A stretch of 64,000 nt of DNA from Candidatus Thorarchaeota archaeon (GTDB lineage: Archaea; Asgardarchaeota; Thorarchaeia; Thorarchaeales; Thorarchaeaceae): contig JBHIAE010000010.1 of the NCBI GenBank assembly GCA_046758445.1, positions 1-64,000 on the forward strand, given 5' to 3'. The notes beneath the pieces are model-generated. The model was not told the origin of the DNA. It searched no databases and worked only from the letters and a program-made list of their open reading frames with translations. This document shows positions 9,491 to 18,466 of the stretch, piece after piece (the first letter of the stretch is position 1; every line of letters begins with the position of its first letter). The translations under genes were made by a program, and so were the position numbers.

Positions 9491-10222
9491 TTGGGAGTCA
9501 AGGAAAGGCGCAAAGAGAAGGAGAAGGCAGAAGCTGCGTCAAAGACTGCAGAAGAAGAAGTCGAACCTGTCAAGGAGATTCGACCTCAGAGCATTGAAGA
9601 AACCCACAGACCTGTTGTTGAGATCGTAGAAGAGGCATCGGAGATTGTTCCGGAGGCTACCAATGAGGGGGTTGTCGAAGCAGTTGCAGATGACGTCACA
9701 ACCTCACCTGTGGAAACCATTCTCCTCCCTTCGTGGGGCAATCAGAACGAAACTGAATGGATGTACAGCATACCCCCTAGGGAGGAAGACAAGAAGATGT
9801 GGGCGGAGGAGTGGGCAGACTTCGTTCTAGGGTGGGCTGAAGCAAGTGGAATTCACGTGCTCTCCGTCACTACATTCATCAAGGAGCCTCCTTTCAGCGA
9901 TATCTCTGGGAAGGTAGATTCATTCCAACTGATTGGTGAAGTGCTGGTCGAGAAGAAGATTGCAGAGTGGCTTGACGAGGCGAGAAGACAGCTCCGAGTC
10001 TATTGGAGATTCCTCGAGGAATGGGCTGACATCATGTATCAATGGGCAATGAAGTCCGGAAAGCTAAGACTCGATGTGAAATCCATTGTAATCCAAGAAG
10101 AGGAACAGGGTTTCGCGAATCTGCCCGAAAAGGACATCCACATAATCATGAGAATCATGGTTGAGAAGGGAATGGCGACCTGGGTCGACAAGACGAAGGG
10201 TGCCATAAAGGTCAAGGTCTAG
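9491..10222 (+). CDS. vps25: ESCRT-II Vps25-like protein with acidic disordered N-terminus
   Basis: VYWRFLEEWADIMYQWAMKSG matches the Vps25 W..PEEW..IYQW motif; tandem winged-helix size; begins 3 nt after vps4. Confidence 0.85.
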   Translation: MGVKERRKEKEKAEAASKTAEEEVEPVKEIRPQSIEETHRPVVEIVEEASEIVPEATNEGVVEAVADDVTTSPVETILLPSWGNQNETEWMYSIPPREEDKKMWAEEWADFVLGWAEASGIHVLSVTTFIKEPPFSDISGKVDSFQLIGEVLVEKKIAEWLDEARRQLRVYWRFLEEWADIMYQWAMKSGKLRLDVKSIVIQEEEQGFANLPEKDIHIIMRIMVEKGMATWVDKTKGAIKVKV

Positions 10223-10225
10223 AGC

Positions 10226-10984
10226 TTAACGGGCAGACCCAAAGGATTGGTCACTCTTATCCCTGGCCCTAAGGCCGGGAAAGTAATAGCGGCCTCCAGT
10301 GGAGAAACGAATGTCAGCCACGGCCATTCCAGCATCGACGAGGCTCGCGAGGACTTGACGTGCATGGTCTTCTGACCATTTGAACTGCATCATTACCTCC
10401 TCAACCGATACATGACCTTTTGAAGCTGCTAGGTTGACAACGTCAGCCTGGTCTCTTCTTAGCTCTAAGGGGCGAAGCTCAACTACTTTCACACCGCCTC
10501 TAAGAGTACGAATCCCAGGGATAAGGCCATGTTCCGCCACTCGATTCACAGCCTCAATCACATCACTGTAACTCACGGCCTTGAGCTCAGGGAGACGTTT
10601 GACAACCTCAACGATCAGCTCTGCCAGCCCCATGAGACCTTTCGAAGCGTTTGCAGTGGCAACGTCAAGTATGGCGAGCCCAATGTAGTCATAGTACTCC
10701 TCTTGGGACATTCCGTCTGCTCTTGGATGAGTTTCAGACCTTTGAAGATTCAGCAGCTGAATAGCATCAGCAAATCGTTCTGTTAGCCTCTCCATCTCCA
10801 TGAAAGAACTGATGTCAAGCCCAATCCGACTGAAGTCATCGATATTGTGTTTGACCTCTCTTGTAAGTGCTTCAGACTCTCTTTGATATGACCTGATATC
10901 GACCACTCCCAAATCGAACATCTTCTTCAGTTGGTCCAGCGTGGCTATGGACGCGTAGAGTTCTGACTGAAGTCGCTCCTGCAT
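10226..10984 (-). CDS. Fusion of a Vps28 N-terminal-like hairpin (ESCRT-I) and a Vps22/Vps36 EAP30 domain (ESCRT-II)
   Basis: N-term ELYASIATLDQLKKMFDLGVVDIRSY resembles Vps28 ELF(A/S)..TM..LEKAY; C-term YYDYIGLAILDV...GLMGLAEL...PLEL..DQ..V...KWS...RQVL...YYFPGL resembles Vps22/SNF8. Confidence 0.85.
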   Translation of the reverse strand: MQERLQSELYASIATLDQLKKMFDLGVVDIRSYQRESEALTREVKHNIDDFSRIGLDISSFMEMERLTERFADAIQLLNLQRSETHPRADGMSQEEYYDYIGLAILDVATANASKGLMGLAELIVEVVKRLPELKAVSYSDVIEAVNRVAEHGLIPGIRTLRGGVKVVELRPLELRRDQADVVNLAASKGHVSVEEVMMQFKWSEDHARQVLASLVDAGMAVADIRFSTGGRYYFPGLRARDKSDQSFGSAR

Positions 10985-11080
10985 AGAGGTCTACCTTCAT
11001 CCAACTACAAGACCCAGACCGGGCTGTGAGATGAGATTGGGGGGATGCTACTATAAGAGAGAGTATTATTCGCTGACGCT

Positions 11081-12439
11081 CTAAGGAGTGATTCTATCTC
11101 TATCTCTAGGAAGTAGTGTTGCTTCTCTGATGTTTTCAATCCCAAGCATCTGCATTGTCAGCCGCTCCACGCCCAATCCGAGACCTCCATGGGGTGGTGC
11201 CCCGAATTTGAAGGGATCAAGGTAGAAGGCGAAATCATCTGGATTGAAACCCTTCGCTTTGAATCTCTCTATGAGGAGGTCATAGAGATGAATGCGCTGG
11301 CTGCCGGTTGTGATCTCCATGCCTTTGTAGGTAAGATCGAAACTCTCAGTCATGCCCTCATCTGTGAGACTAGGCATTGTATATGCAGGACGCAATTCCA
11401 TAGGATAGTGCGTTATGAAGACCATATCAGTACCGTACTTCCTTGGAAAGATCTCTCCAAGGAGGCGCTCCCCCTCTGGATCGATATCTTCAGTGATTGA
11501 GATCTCCTTCCCTTCTTGGTTCAACAGATCGATAGCCGTTTCGAACTTGATTCTCTTGAATGGAACCTTGGGTATCTCCAGATCTATCCCCAGAAGCTCA
11601 AGTTCTGCTGCTGATGCCTTTGCAGTTTCTTTGAATGAATGGTGTAGCATCTTCTCCTCCATCTTCATTACATCATCGACGTCACTGATCCAGGCCATCT
11701 CATAGTCAAAAGATGTGTATTCGTTAATGTGGCGGCGTGTGTTATGCTTCTCAGCTCTAAACACCGGGGCAATCTCAAAGACTCGACCAAAGCCCGCAAG
11801 CAACATCAATTGCTTGTAGAACTGTGGACTCTGTGCTAGGTACGCTTTCTTGTCAAAGTACTTTATCTCGAAGAGGTTGGCTCCACCCTCAGTCGCCTCA
11901 GCAACTATCTTGGGTGTGTGAATCTCTACGAAGTCATTGGCTTCGAGAAACTCTCGGGCGAATCTCACAAGGGAGTGTTGGATGTGGAATATTGCATTGA
12001 CCGTGGGCTTCCTTAGATCAAGTATTCTGTGATTTAGGCGAGTGTCGAGTTCGACGTCTACCTTACCTTCCACGACATCAATGGGTAGACGTTCCGCTCT
12101 ATTGATAATACGAATCTCTTCAGGGATAACTTCTACACCTGATGCGACCTGTTTCGCAGATACTACTGTGCCTTTCACAGCAACAGCATATTCGGGCTTC
12201 AGCTGTCTCGCCACTTCGAAGACAGCCTCTGAAACCTTCTTCTGGGGAATGGTGATTTGAACTGTGCCGTGTTCATCTCGTAGAATCAGGAACTTGATCT
12301 TGCCCTTGTCACGCAGAATGTGAACCCATCCCAGCAGTGCTACTTCAGTATCAATGGCGTCTGCTGTGATCGCGTCACTGAAGTGAGTGCGTCTTCCTTC
12401 GCCAATTGGTTCAACACCTGCTTCACTGTAGAAGTCCAT
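11081..12439 (-). CDS. aspS: Aspartate--tRNA ligase, archaeal type (probably non-discriminating)
   Basis: OB fold GWVH..RD.G, LAQSPQFYKQ, FRAE, PPHGGLGLGVERL; His in GWVH is typical of non-discriminating enzymes. Confidence 0.95.
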   Translation of the reverse strand: MDFYSEAGVEPIGEGRRTHFSDAITADAIDTEVALLGWVHILRDKGKIKFLILRDEHGTVQITIPQKKVSEAVFEVARQLKPEYAVAVKGTVVSAKQVASGVEVIPEEIRIINRAERLPIDVVEGKVDVELDTRLNHRILDLRKPTVNAIFHIQHSLVRFAREFLEANDFVEIHTPKIVAEATEGGANLFEIKYFDKKAYLAQSPQFYKQLMLLAGFGRVFEIAPVFRAEKHNTRRHINEYTSFDYEMAWISDVDDVMKMEEKMLHHSFKETAKASAAELELLGIDLEIPKVPFKRIKFETAIDLLNQEGKEISITEDIDPEGERLLGEIFPRKYGTDMVFITHYPMELRPAYTMPSLTDEGMTESFDLTYKGMEITTGSQRIHLYDLLIERFKAKGFNPDDFAFYLDPFKFGAPPHGGLGLGVERLTMQMLGIENIREATLLPRDRDRITP

Positions 12440-12547
12440 TCAGTTTCGCCTCGCTAATACGACAAACACTCCTTCAAGATTGCATTATGAGGCTTTTGGG
12501 CCGACTGTAATGCGGTGCCGGAACGCATTTGGAAGAAAGGGAAGAGA

Positions 12548-12569
12548 TCCCTGGGACTGTCCCCAGGGA
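12548..12569 (-). terminator. Hairpin downstream of the small wHTH gene
   Basis: TCCCTGGG-actgtc-CCCAGGGA perfect 8-bp stem followed by a pyrimidine tract on the minus strand. Confidence 0.45.
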
Positions 12570-12593
12570 AATCGTTCATGTTGCCATCCCAGA

Positions 12594-12827
12594 CTACATG
12601 GGCGCCGAAACCAGCTCATAGACCGTCCGTCGCTTGTCCTCGCCATCTTCAGACTCCCGGATTAGGCCCAAGTCCTTCAATCGACTGAGGCCGTAGTTTA
12701 CCGTTCGTGGAGGCAGAAAGGTTCTACTGATCAGGTCCTGCCGGGACATCCGGCGCCTGTTCTTAAGAAGAACGTAAAGGAACTTCGCAGACGGAGGAAG
12801 AGCTAAGAATGAGCGTTGGGCAAACAT
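12594..12827 (-). CDS. Small winged-helix DNA-binding protein (MarR/TrmB-like)
   Basis: LPPSAKFLY..L...SRQDL...T.LPPRTVNYGLSRL...GLI...D.RR..Y pattern of small archaeal wHTH proteins. Confidence 0.85.
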   Translation of the reverse strand: MFAQRSFLALPPSAKFLYVLLKNRRRMSRQDLISRTFLPPRTVNYGLSRLKDLGLIRESEDGEDKRRTVYELVSAPM

Positions 12828-12973
12828 GATCCCACCTTAGAGTTGATACCATGTTTCGTCTTACCTCCGTTATGTTTGCCGTGTCTGTACCTCATCTGCA
12901 AATAAGGATTCGCGTTTCAACATTCACAGGACCTGACGTAGGTCTTATCTCTGTTAAGACAGGTTGTTAGGTC

Positions 12974-13648
12974 ATGTACTCCTTTGATGCCCTCGAGATT
13001 ATTGGTCATCGCAGCCTACCAGTTCCCAACACCTTCTATAGACTGGAAAGGAGGTCTAATAGACTTGCTTTGGTTTTCCCAGGACGAGGGTATACCTCAC
13101 AAGCTCCACTGCTCCATTACACAATAAGCACACTGATTGCTGCAGGGTTCAATGTGCTAAGTGTGAACTATTCGTATCTTCACAACAATGACTTTGAGTC
13201 ACTCCGGAGAGAGGAGCAAATGAGATGGTTGTATGATGATGTGGAAGCCGCGTATCATGTAGCCACCAAGAAGCTAGATGCAGAAGTGGATGTTCTCATT
13301 GGCAAATCCTTGGGTACTATTGCAATAGGCCATTTGCTTGACAAACATCCAAGACTGTCACAGTGTAGGGTGGTATGGCACACGCCATTGATACTCTTGC
13401 CTGAACTCCAGCAGCAGATCAAGAACCATCACCCACAATCGCTCTTCGTGATTGGCACGGCAGATCCACACTATGATCAAGATACGTTGGCGGAGTTGGT
13501 GGAATCGACCAATGGCGAGGCAGTGGTTGTTGAGGACGCGAACCATGCAATGGAAGTGCCTGGAGAGGTCAATGACTCGTTGTGGATCATTGGTAAGATC
13601 ATTGACAGCGTCGGGGAGTTTCTGGGGGTCACTGCTTCTGAAGGATGA
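12974..13648 (+). CDS. Alpha/beta hydrolase
   Basis: FPGRGY oxyanion region, GKSLG nucleophile elbow, GTAD and ANH catalytic Asp/His. Confidence 0.88.
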   Translation: MYSFDALEIIGHRSLPVPNTFYRLERRSNRLALVFPGRGYTSQAPLLHYTISTLIAAGFNVLSVNYSYLHNNDFESLRREEQMRWLYDDVEAAYHVATKKLDAEVDVLIGKSLGTIAIGHLLDKHPRLSQCRVVWHTPLILLPELQQQIKNHHPQSLFVIGTADPHYDQDTLAELVESTNGEAVVVEDANHAMEVPGEVNDSLWIIGKIIDSVGEFLGVTASEG

Positions 13649-14987
13649 GAATCCACTCACCGTGCATTCGTTCCCTCCGCGGGATACGGATGAAATGTCT
13701 GATGAGCGCAGAGAAGAAGACCTTATCAAGACTGAAACCAACATCTTCAGCTGTGGCAATCTCTGAGAGGATTTCGTGAGAGGGGACCTCAACATTGCGA
13801 ATCAAGTTGTTGCCTATCGCCACACAATAATGCCCACCTGGTTTCAGCACCCTAGCCATCTCCTGAAACTGGAGCTTCATGTCCTCGAAGAACTTGTAGG
13901 TGATGAATGACCGTCGTGGGTCCTGGTCGAATATCTCCTCAAGAATCGGGTCCAGAGTTTCAACGCCAGAGATTTTGAGTCGTTCATATTCCCTCTTGTA
14001 GACCGTTTCGGTTCCGATGTACTTTCGCTTCATATTTGAGAGAGGACCCTCCTCCACGAGCCCGAGCCAATACATCTCGAGCTGATGGGTTCGTGGATAG
14101 TCGACTGCGTTTATATATGGAGGAGAGCTCACGGCGAGGTCAATAGCAGAAGTTCTCAGTCCAGTTTCCATAGCATTTCCATCAGGAAGTCGAACCTCTC
14201 CAACTCCCGAAGTCTGATATAATGTATGTAAACGCTTCATGCCATCAAGCTGTCTAGAGAGAGCTGAGTAGAATCTAGCAATAGTGTCTCCAGCACTGAT
14301 CTTCTTCACGAGGTTCTTTCGTATGACGGTCCTGGTACAGTGTGGATCGGCATTGGAAGCATCTCTGATTATCGATGAGAACACGACCTGCATGAAGTCA
14401 ACGACATCACTATGATGCGAGCTGGTTCGGGTCACCCCTAGGTCGGTGAGGTCAAGATCGCATATACTCTCTAGAATGATGCCAAGCTCCCTGAGAACGA
14501 ACGGACGAAACCACGTATCTCTATAATTGAAGTCAGGGATATGTGGTTCGGAATCACGAGCTCTTTCTTTCTTCTTGATGGCTTCCATCAGTTTCTCGCA
14601 CGCGGATTCGAGCAGAAACTCCTCTATTGGAGTCGTTTTGACCTTCGTTATCAGGCGTGCCATTGGGTCGATGTCAATTCCAACTGCATTTCTTCCTGAT
14701 AGCATCGCCTCAAGAACCACTGTACCACTGCCGCACATTGGGTCCAGAACCTGATGATTCCTCTCAGAGTATCTTCGGATCAGATAGCGTGGCAGCTCGG
14801 GGAAGAACTTGGCTGGGAATTTGTGGATTCCATGTGTTAGGTAGGACTGGTCCCGGCTAATTATCAGTATTTTTGCATGATTGGGTATGGAGGTGTCTGG
14901 GTCGATGTCCCCATGAATCTCTAGAAGCTCTTCATCGCTGTCACTGGAACTATCCAAAGGTCGACTGCGACTAGAAGGGGTTCCCAT
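13629..14987 (-). CDS. DNA methyltransferase, likely N4-cytosine; orphan
   Basis: THGIHKFPAKF, DPMCGSGT SAM-binding motif, SPPY catalytic motif, RVLKPGG. Confidence 0.88.
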   Translation of the reverse strand: MGTPSSRSRPLDSSSDSDEELLEIHGDIDPDTSIPNHAKILIISRDQSYLTHGIHKFPAKFFPELPRYLIRRYSERNHQVLDPMCGSGTVVLEAMLSGRNAVGIDIDPMARLITKVKTTPIEEFLLESACEKLMEAIKKKERARDSEPHIPDFNYRDTWFRPFVLRELGIILESICDLDLTDLGVTRTSSHHSDVVDFMQVVFSSIIRDASNADPHCTRTVIRKNLVKKISAGDTIARFYSALSRQLDGMKRLHTLYQTSGVGEVRLPDGNAMETGLRTSAIDLAVSSPPYINAVDYPRTHQLEMYWLGLVEEGPLSNMKRKYIGTETVYKREYERLKISGVETLDPILEEIFDQDPRRSFITYKFFEDMKLQFQEMARVLKPGGHYCVAIGNNLIRNVEVPSHEILSEIATAEDVGFSLDKVFFSALIRHFIRIPRRERMHGEWILILQKQ

Positions 14988-15139
14988 TCAGATTCTTCTC
15001 CCAAGTGGACTGCGCACTGCTCTCTGTCTGCTGCTGCCCTTCACATAATAAGGTCGCCGCTCTCTTGTATGTCATTCGCGCGGAAAGCTCTCTCACCCTG
15101 ATGGAATTGGGTTGAGAGTGAGGGCGTCCAAGGCATTCT

Positions 15140-16489
15140 TCAAACGCTGTCTGATATGGCCTTGTCGAGTCGATCTGCGACGTTGTCGATGTCTTCCTTA
15201 GTCATGATGTAGCTTGGAGTGAACCTTAGCACATTCTGACCAGCACCGAGAATCCATAGTCTATGTTTCTGGACTGCATTCTTGAGAATCCTGTTCCGCA
15301 GCTTCGGAGCCTTCTCTTTTGACTTCTTGTCTTTCACAAGTTCGACGCCAGTCATCAGGCCGATTCCTCGAACGTCGCCGACGACCTCATGTTTGTCCTT
15401 CAGTTCATCGAGTCTCTTTCTGAGGTAGACCCCGCTCTCTGCATTCTTCTTGAGGAAATCGCCATCCTCGATGTTCTTCAGAATCCAGAGAGAAAGAAGA
15501 GACATCTTTGGCTCCGCGGAGAAGGTTTCAGAATGACGCGCACCTGAAGTGTACATTGGCGCTGGACCAATGGACGCACCCATCGGATAACCACCTCCAA
15601 GCGCCTTGGCCATCGAGATATAGTCTGGAACGACATCATGATTCTCAACCGCGAACCACCTGCCAGTGCGTCCCATTCCGGCTTGTACCTCATCAGACAT
15701 GAAGAACCCACCGGCCTCTTTCGTGACCTCATACATGCCCTTGACGGCCTTGGCCGGAGGCACAATCAGTCCACCTTCGCCACAGATTGGTTCCATTACT
15801 GTGGCGGCGATATCATCACCTTCAACCTGTAGCGCGTACCTCAGTGCCTCAACGCATTCCAAGTTGCAGTCCTCAACATTCTGACCGTACGGACAACGGT
15901 AACAGTAGGGATAGAAGACACGAATCACATCTACACCTTGTGGAAATCCATACTTGTGCTTCGAGTTCGTGGATGTAAGTGCAAGAGCATATCCTGTTCT
16001 CCCATGAAAGGCGGGTCTAAAAGTGACGAATCTGCGCCTACCTGAGATGTCCATCGCAGATTTCATACATCCCTCTACAGCGCGACTCCCAGACGTGGTG
16101 AAAACGACACGTTTCTTATGACTGCCGGGACTAATCTTGGCCAGCTTCTCAGCGAGCAACGTCTGAGGAATTGCATCGAAGTCCATGCCAGGGAACTCGC
16201 GAATGACATCATTGATTCTAATCTCAAAGTCAAGATACGGCTTATGCTGCAGTCCGAACGCTCGGACGGCCACTCCGCCCGTGACGTCAAGATACTCCGT
16301 TCCCTCAACGTCGTAGATCTTGACTCCTTTGCCCCTAGTATGGTCAAGACAGCCATAGACATCTCTGTCTTGAGTCGTGATGGCCAAAGCCTCAGCAGCT
16401 CTCTTCTTCCAATAGTCATTCGTCATCTCTGCGGAACCTATGTCTTCAAACCCAAGCTCCTTGAGAATCTGAATATGCTTGTCATCCAT
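15140..16489 (-). CDS. Class III PLP-dependent aminotransferase
   Basis: AFHGRT, MEPICGEGG, SDEVQAGMGRTG, MAKALGGG; start trimmed to MDDKH. Confidence 0.93.
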   Translation of the reverse strand: MDDKHIQILKELGFEDIGSAEMTNDYWKKRAAEALAITTQDRDVYGCLDHTRGKGVKIYDVEGTEYLDVTGGVAVRAFGLQHKPYLDFEIRINDVIREFPGMDFDAIPQTLLAEKLAKISPGSHKKRVVFTTSGSRAVEGCMKSAMDISGRRRFVTFRPAFHGRTGYALALTSTNSKHKYGFPQGVDVIRVFYPYCYRCPYGQNVEDCNLECVEALRYALQVEGDDIAATVMEPICGEGGLIVPPAKAVKGMYEVTKEAGGFFMSDEVQAGMGRTGRWFAVENHDVVPDYISMAKALGGGYPMGASIGPAPMYTSGARHSETFSAEPKMSLLSLWILKNIEDGDFLKKNAESGVYLRKRLDELKDKHEVVGDVRGIGLMTGVELVKDKKSKEKAPKLRNRILKNAVQKHRLWILGAGQNVLRFTPSYIMTKEDIDNVADRLDKAISDSV

Positions 16490-16656
16490 TATGCTCACTT
16501 CACAAAGCGGTTGGGTCGCTCGAGGGTCCACTCCATTATCTAATTTCCGGATACGGCGTAATCACTTCGTATTGAGATGACACCACAGAAAAAGATAGGA
16601 AAGAGCGGGCGGGAGTTCCCATACCTGCTCAATTCGATCGTATTCTAGTCACGTGC

Positions 16657-16986
16657 CTACTTGACTACGTAGAGCAGGGCTCCAGTGATAACGAGTATGG
16701 CAGCAATGCCGCCACTCACAATCAGCATCAGTACTCCGAGAATCAGAAGAACAACCCAGTTGTTGTCGAACTTCAGTGCAGGAATGTTGATCACACCGCT
16801 GGTGGCCAGCACAATCAGGGAAAGGAGAACTAGGATTATCCCCTCAACCAAAGCCTCAAGGATACCAAGACCCCACAAAGAGAGACCATAGGTTCCGATT
16901 CCGGCGGCGATTAGAATCCCGAATAGGAGACCGATAAGTCCCCCAAGGACTACGAGTAGCTCGCCGATTTTCTTCAAGTTTGCCAT
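16657..16986 (-). CDS. Small multi-pass membrane protein
   Basis: 109 aa with about 4 hydrophobic Gly-rich segments. Confidence 0.8.
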   Translation of the reverse strand: MANLKKIGELLVVLGGLIGLLFGILIAAGIGTYGLSLWGLGILEALVEGIILVLLSLIVLATSGVINIPALKFDNNWVVLLILGVLMLIVSGGIAAILVITGALLYVVK

Positions 16987-17005
16987 TTCATGACATCCCC
17001 TTGTT

Positions 17006-17374
17006 CTAACTCTTAGTGATTACCAAGATTCCGGCGATGAGAATCATCAAGCCAGCAAGTGTTCCCGCGTTCATTAGCCAGCCGATGACATCAAAGCTGA
17101 CATTGCGAAGAACAATGACGATAGCTATGAACCCGAATACCGCCAGAAGAATACCGTTTCTCGCTACCCTCCAGTATACATACCCGGACGCATCGACGGA
17201 GAGAACGGCAATCAAGATGAGCGTAATCGCCAAGACCGTTTCTATGACGCCTTCGAAGTCCCCACCTAGAGCCTGGTTGATTCCGCCGATGAGCATTTGA
17301 AGAGCATACACCAGCAGAACCAGAGCGCCTAGGAGAGTGAAGCCTTGAGCGGCGCCTTCAGCTTTACATCCCAC
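17006..17374 (-). CDS. Small multi-pass membrane protein, probable paralog of the downstream gene
   Basis: About 4 TM segments, similar L..(A/T)SG..N/W pattern, 19-bp spacing. Confidence 0.75.
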   Translation of the reverse strand: MGCKAEGAAQGFTLLGALVLLVYALQMLIGGINQALGGDFEGVIETVLAITLILIAVLSVDASGYVYWRVARNGILLAVFGFIAIVIVLRNVSFDVIGWLMNAGTLAGLMILIAGILVITKS

Positions 17375-17580
17375 GTTATCTTGTCCCCAAACAATGTTCT
17401 ATGACACGGATATGTATTGGCACAAACGCCCACATCGTCTGACCCCGAGCAGAGGTAGAACAATGATAAAAGTATCGCTTCGCAACGACCAACCTTGAAC
17501 GGTTTTGGACAGCCACGGGCGTAATACATAGGATTGTATTCGATGGCAGACCACCTCTTCATGTACGAAAGAAGACTGGG

Positions 17581-18459
17581 GTGACCACAACGCGATATCC
17601 CACATATGAAGGGAGCAAGTCCTCAGAGCGCTCAGTAAGACTGGATCGCACTGAAGGGCACATTGTCATTGAGGGGAGAGCATATCCCGCTAGAGAACTT
17701 GTAGAAGCGCTTGCGCAATCTGGATACACTGAACTGAAGGCAGTTGGTGACTCACTCATGCTTGGCAGGAAACGTATAACTCCCATTTTCAAGTCTAGAC
17801 AGGATCGAGCAATGGCCAGTGTCTGCCACGGAAGTCTGGCTTTCTGTTGTCCTCTATCGAAGAGATGTGCAGAGCGAGATCGTGCACTGGAGATGTTGGG
17901 CCTAACTCCCGATGAATATGGTCGAATGAAGAATGATGCACACCTGAGGTTCGTCGAGTCCGCAAGAGGGTTGTCCACTGTGGATGATTCTCCTACATAT
18001 GACGAACGACGACACAGACTAGCAAACGAGCCCGCAGTAGACCGGGGTTATGGCTCTGACGACTATCGCAGGGACTTTGATTCACTTGAACGCACTGTTC
18101 AGCCATATGGCCGACCATCTGAGAGAGTGACTGATCCATGGATGCGAGGTCGTGACACGTCGCATCCGCGGGACCATCCTTCCCTCTACACAGACAGTGA
18201 CCAAGCAGACTCGTATGCGGACCTAAGCAATCTCTTCGTAGATGAACACAAGTCACAGGGTGGCTTTTCATCCGCACCAGCCTGTGATATTCGTACTGGT
18301 GAGAATGTTGAAGGCCTCGGTGCATTGTTTGCACAAGGCGAGCTAAGTCCATTTAGTTCGGAATCTGATGGGAGAGAGAGTAGGACATTCTGTTTCTCCT
18401 GTGGTAGAACATTCAGGGCCGGGACAAAGGTATGTCCATGGTGTGGAGTGCCACAATAG
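17581..18459 (+). CDS. Hypothetical protein with a methanogenesis-marker-9-like Cys domain and C-terminal zinc ribbon
   Basis: CHGSLAFCCPLSKRC.ERD..L...GLTPDEY..MK; C-terminal FCFSCG...CPWCG. Confidence 0.7.
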   Translation: MTTTRYPTYEGSKSSERSVRLDRTEGHIVIEGRAYPARELVEALAQSGYTELKAVGDSLMLGRKRITPIFKSRQDRAMASVCHGSLAFCCPLSKRCAERDRALEMLGLTPDEYGRMKNDAHLRFVESARGLSTVDDSPTYDERRHRLANEPAVDRGYGSDDYRRDFDSLERTVQPYGRPSERVTDPWMRGRDTSHPRDHPSLYTDSDQADSYADLSNLFVDEHKSQGGFSSAPACDIRTGENVEGLGALFAQGELSPFSSESDGRESRTFCFSCGRTFRAGTKVCPWCGVPQ

Positions 18460-18466
18460 GACTGAA

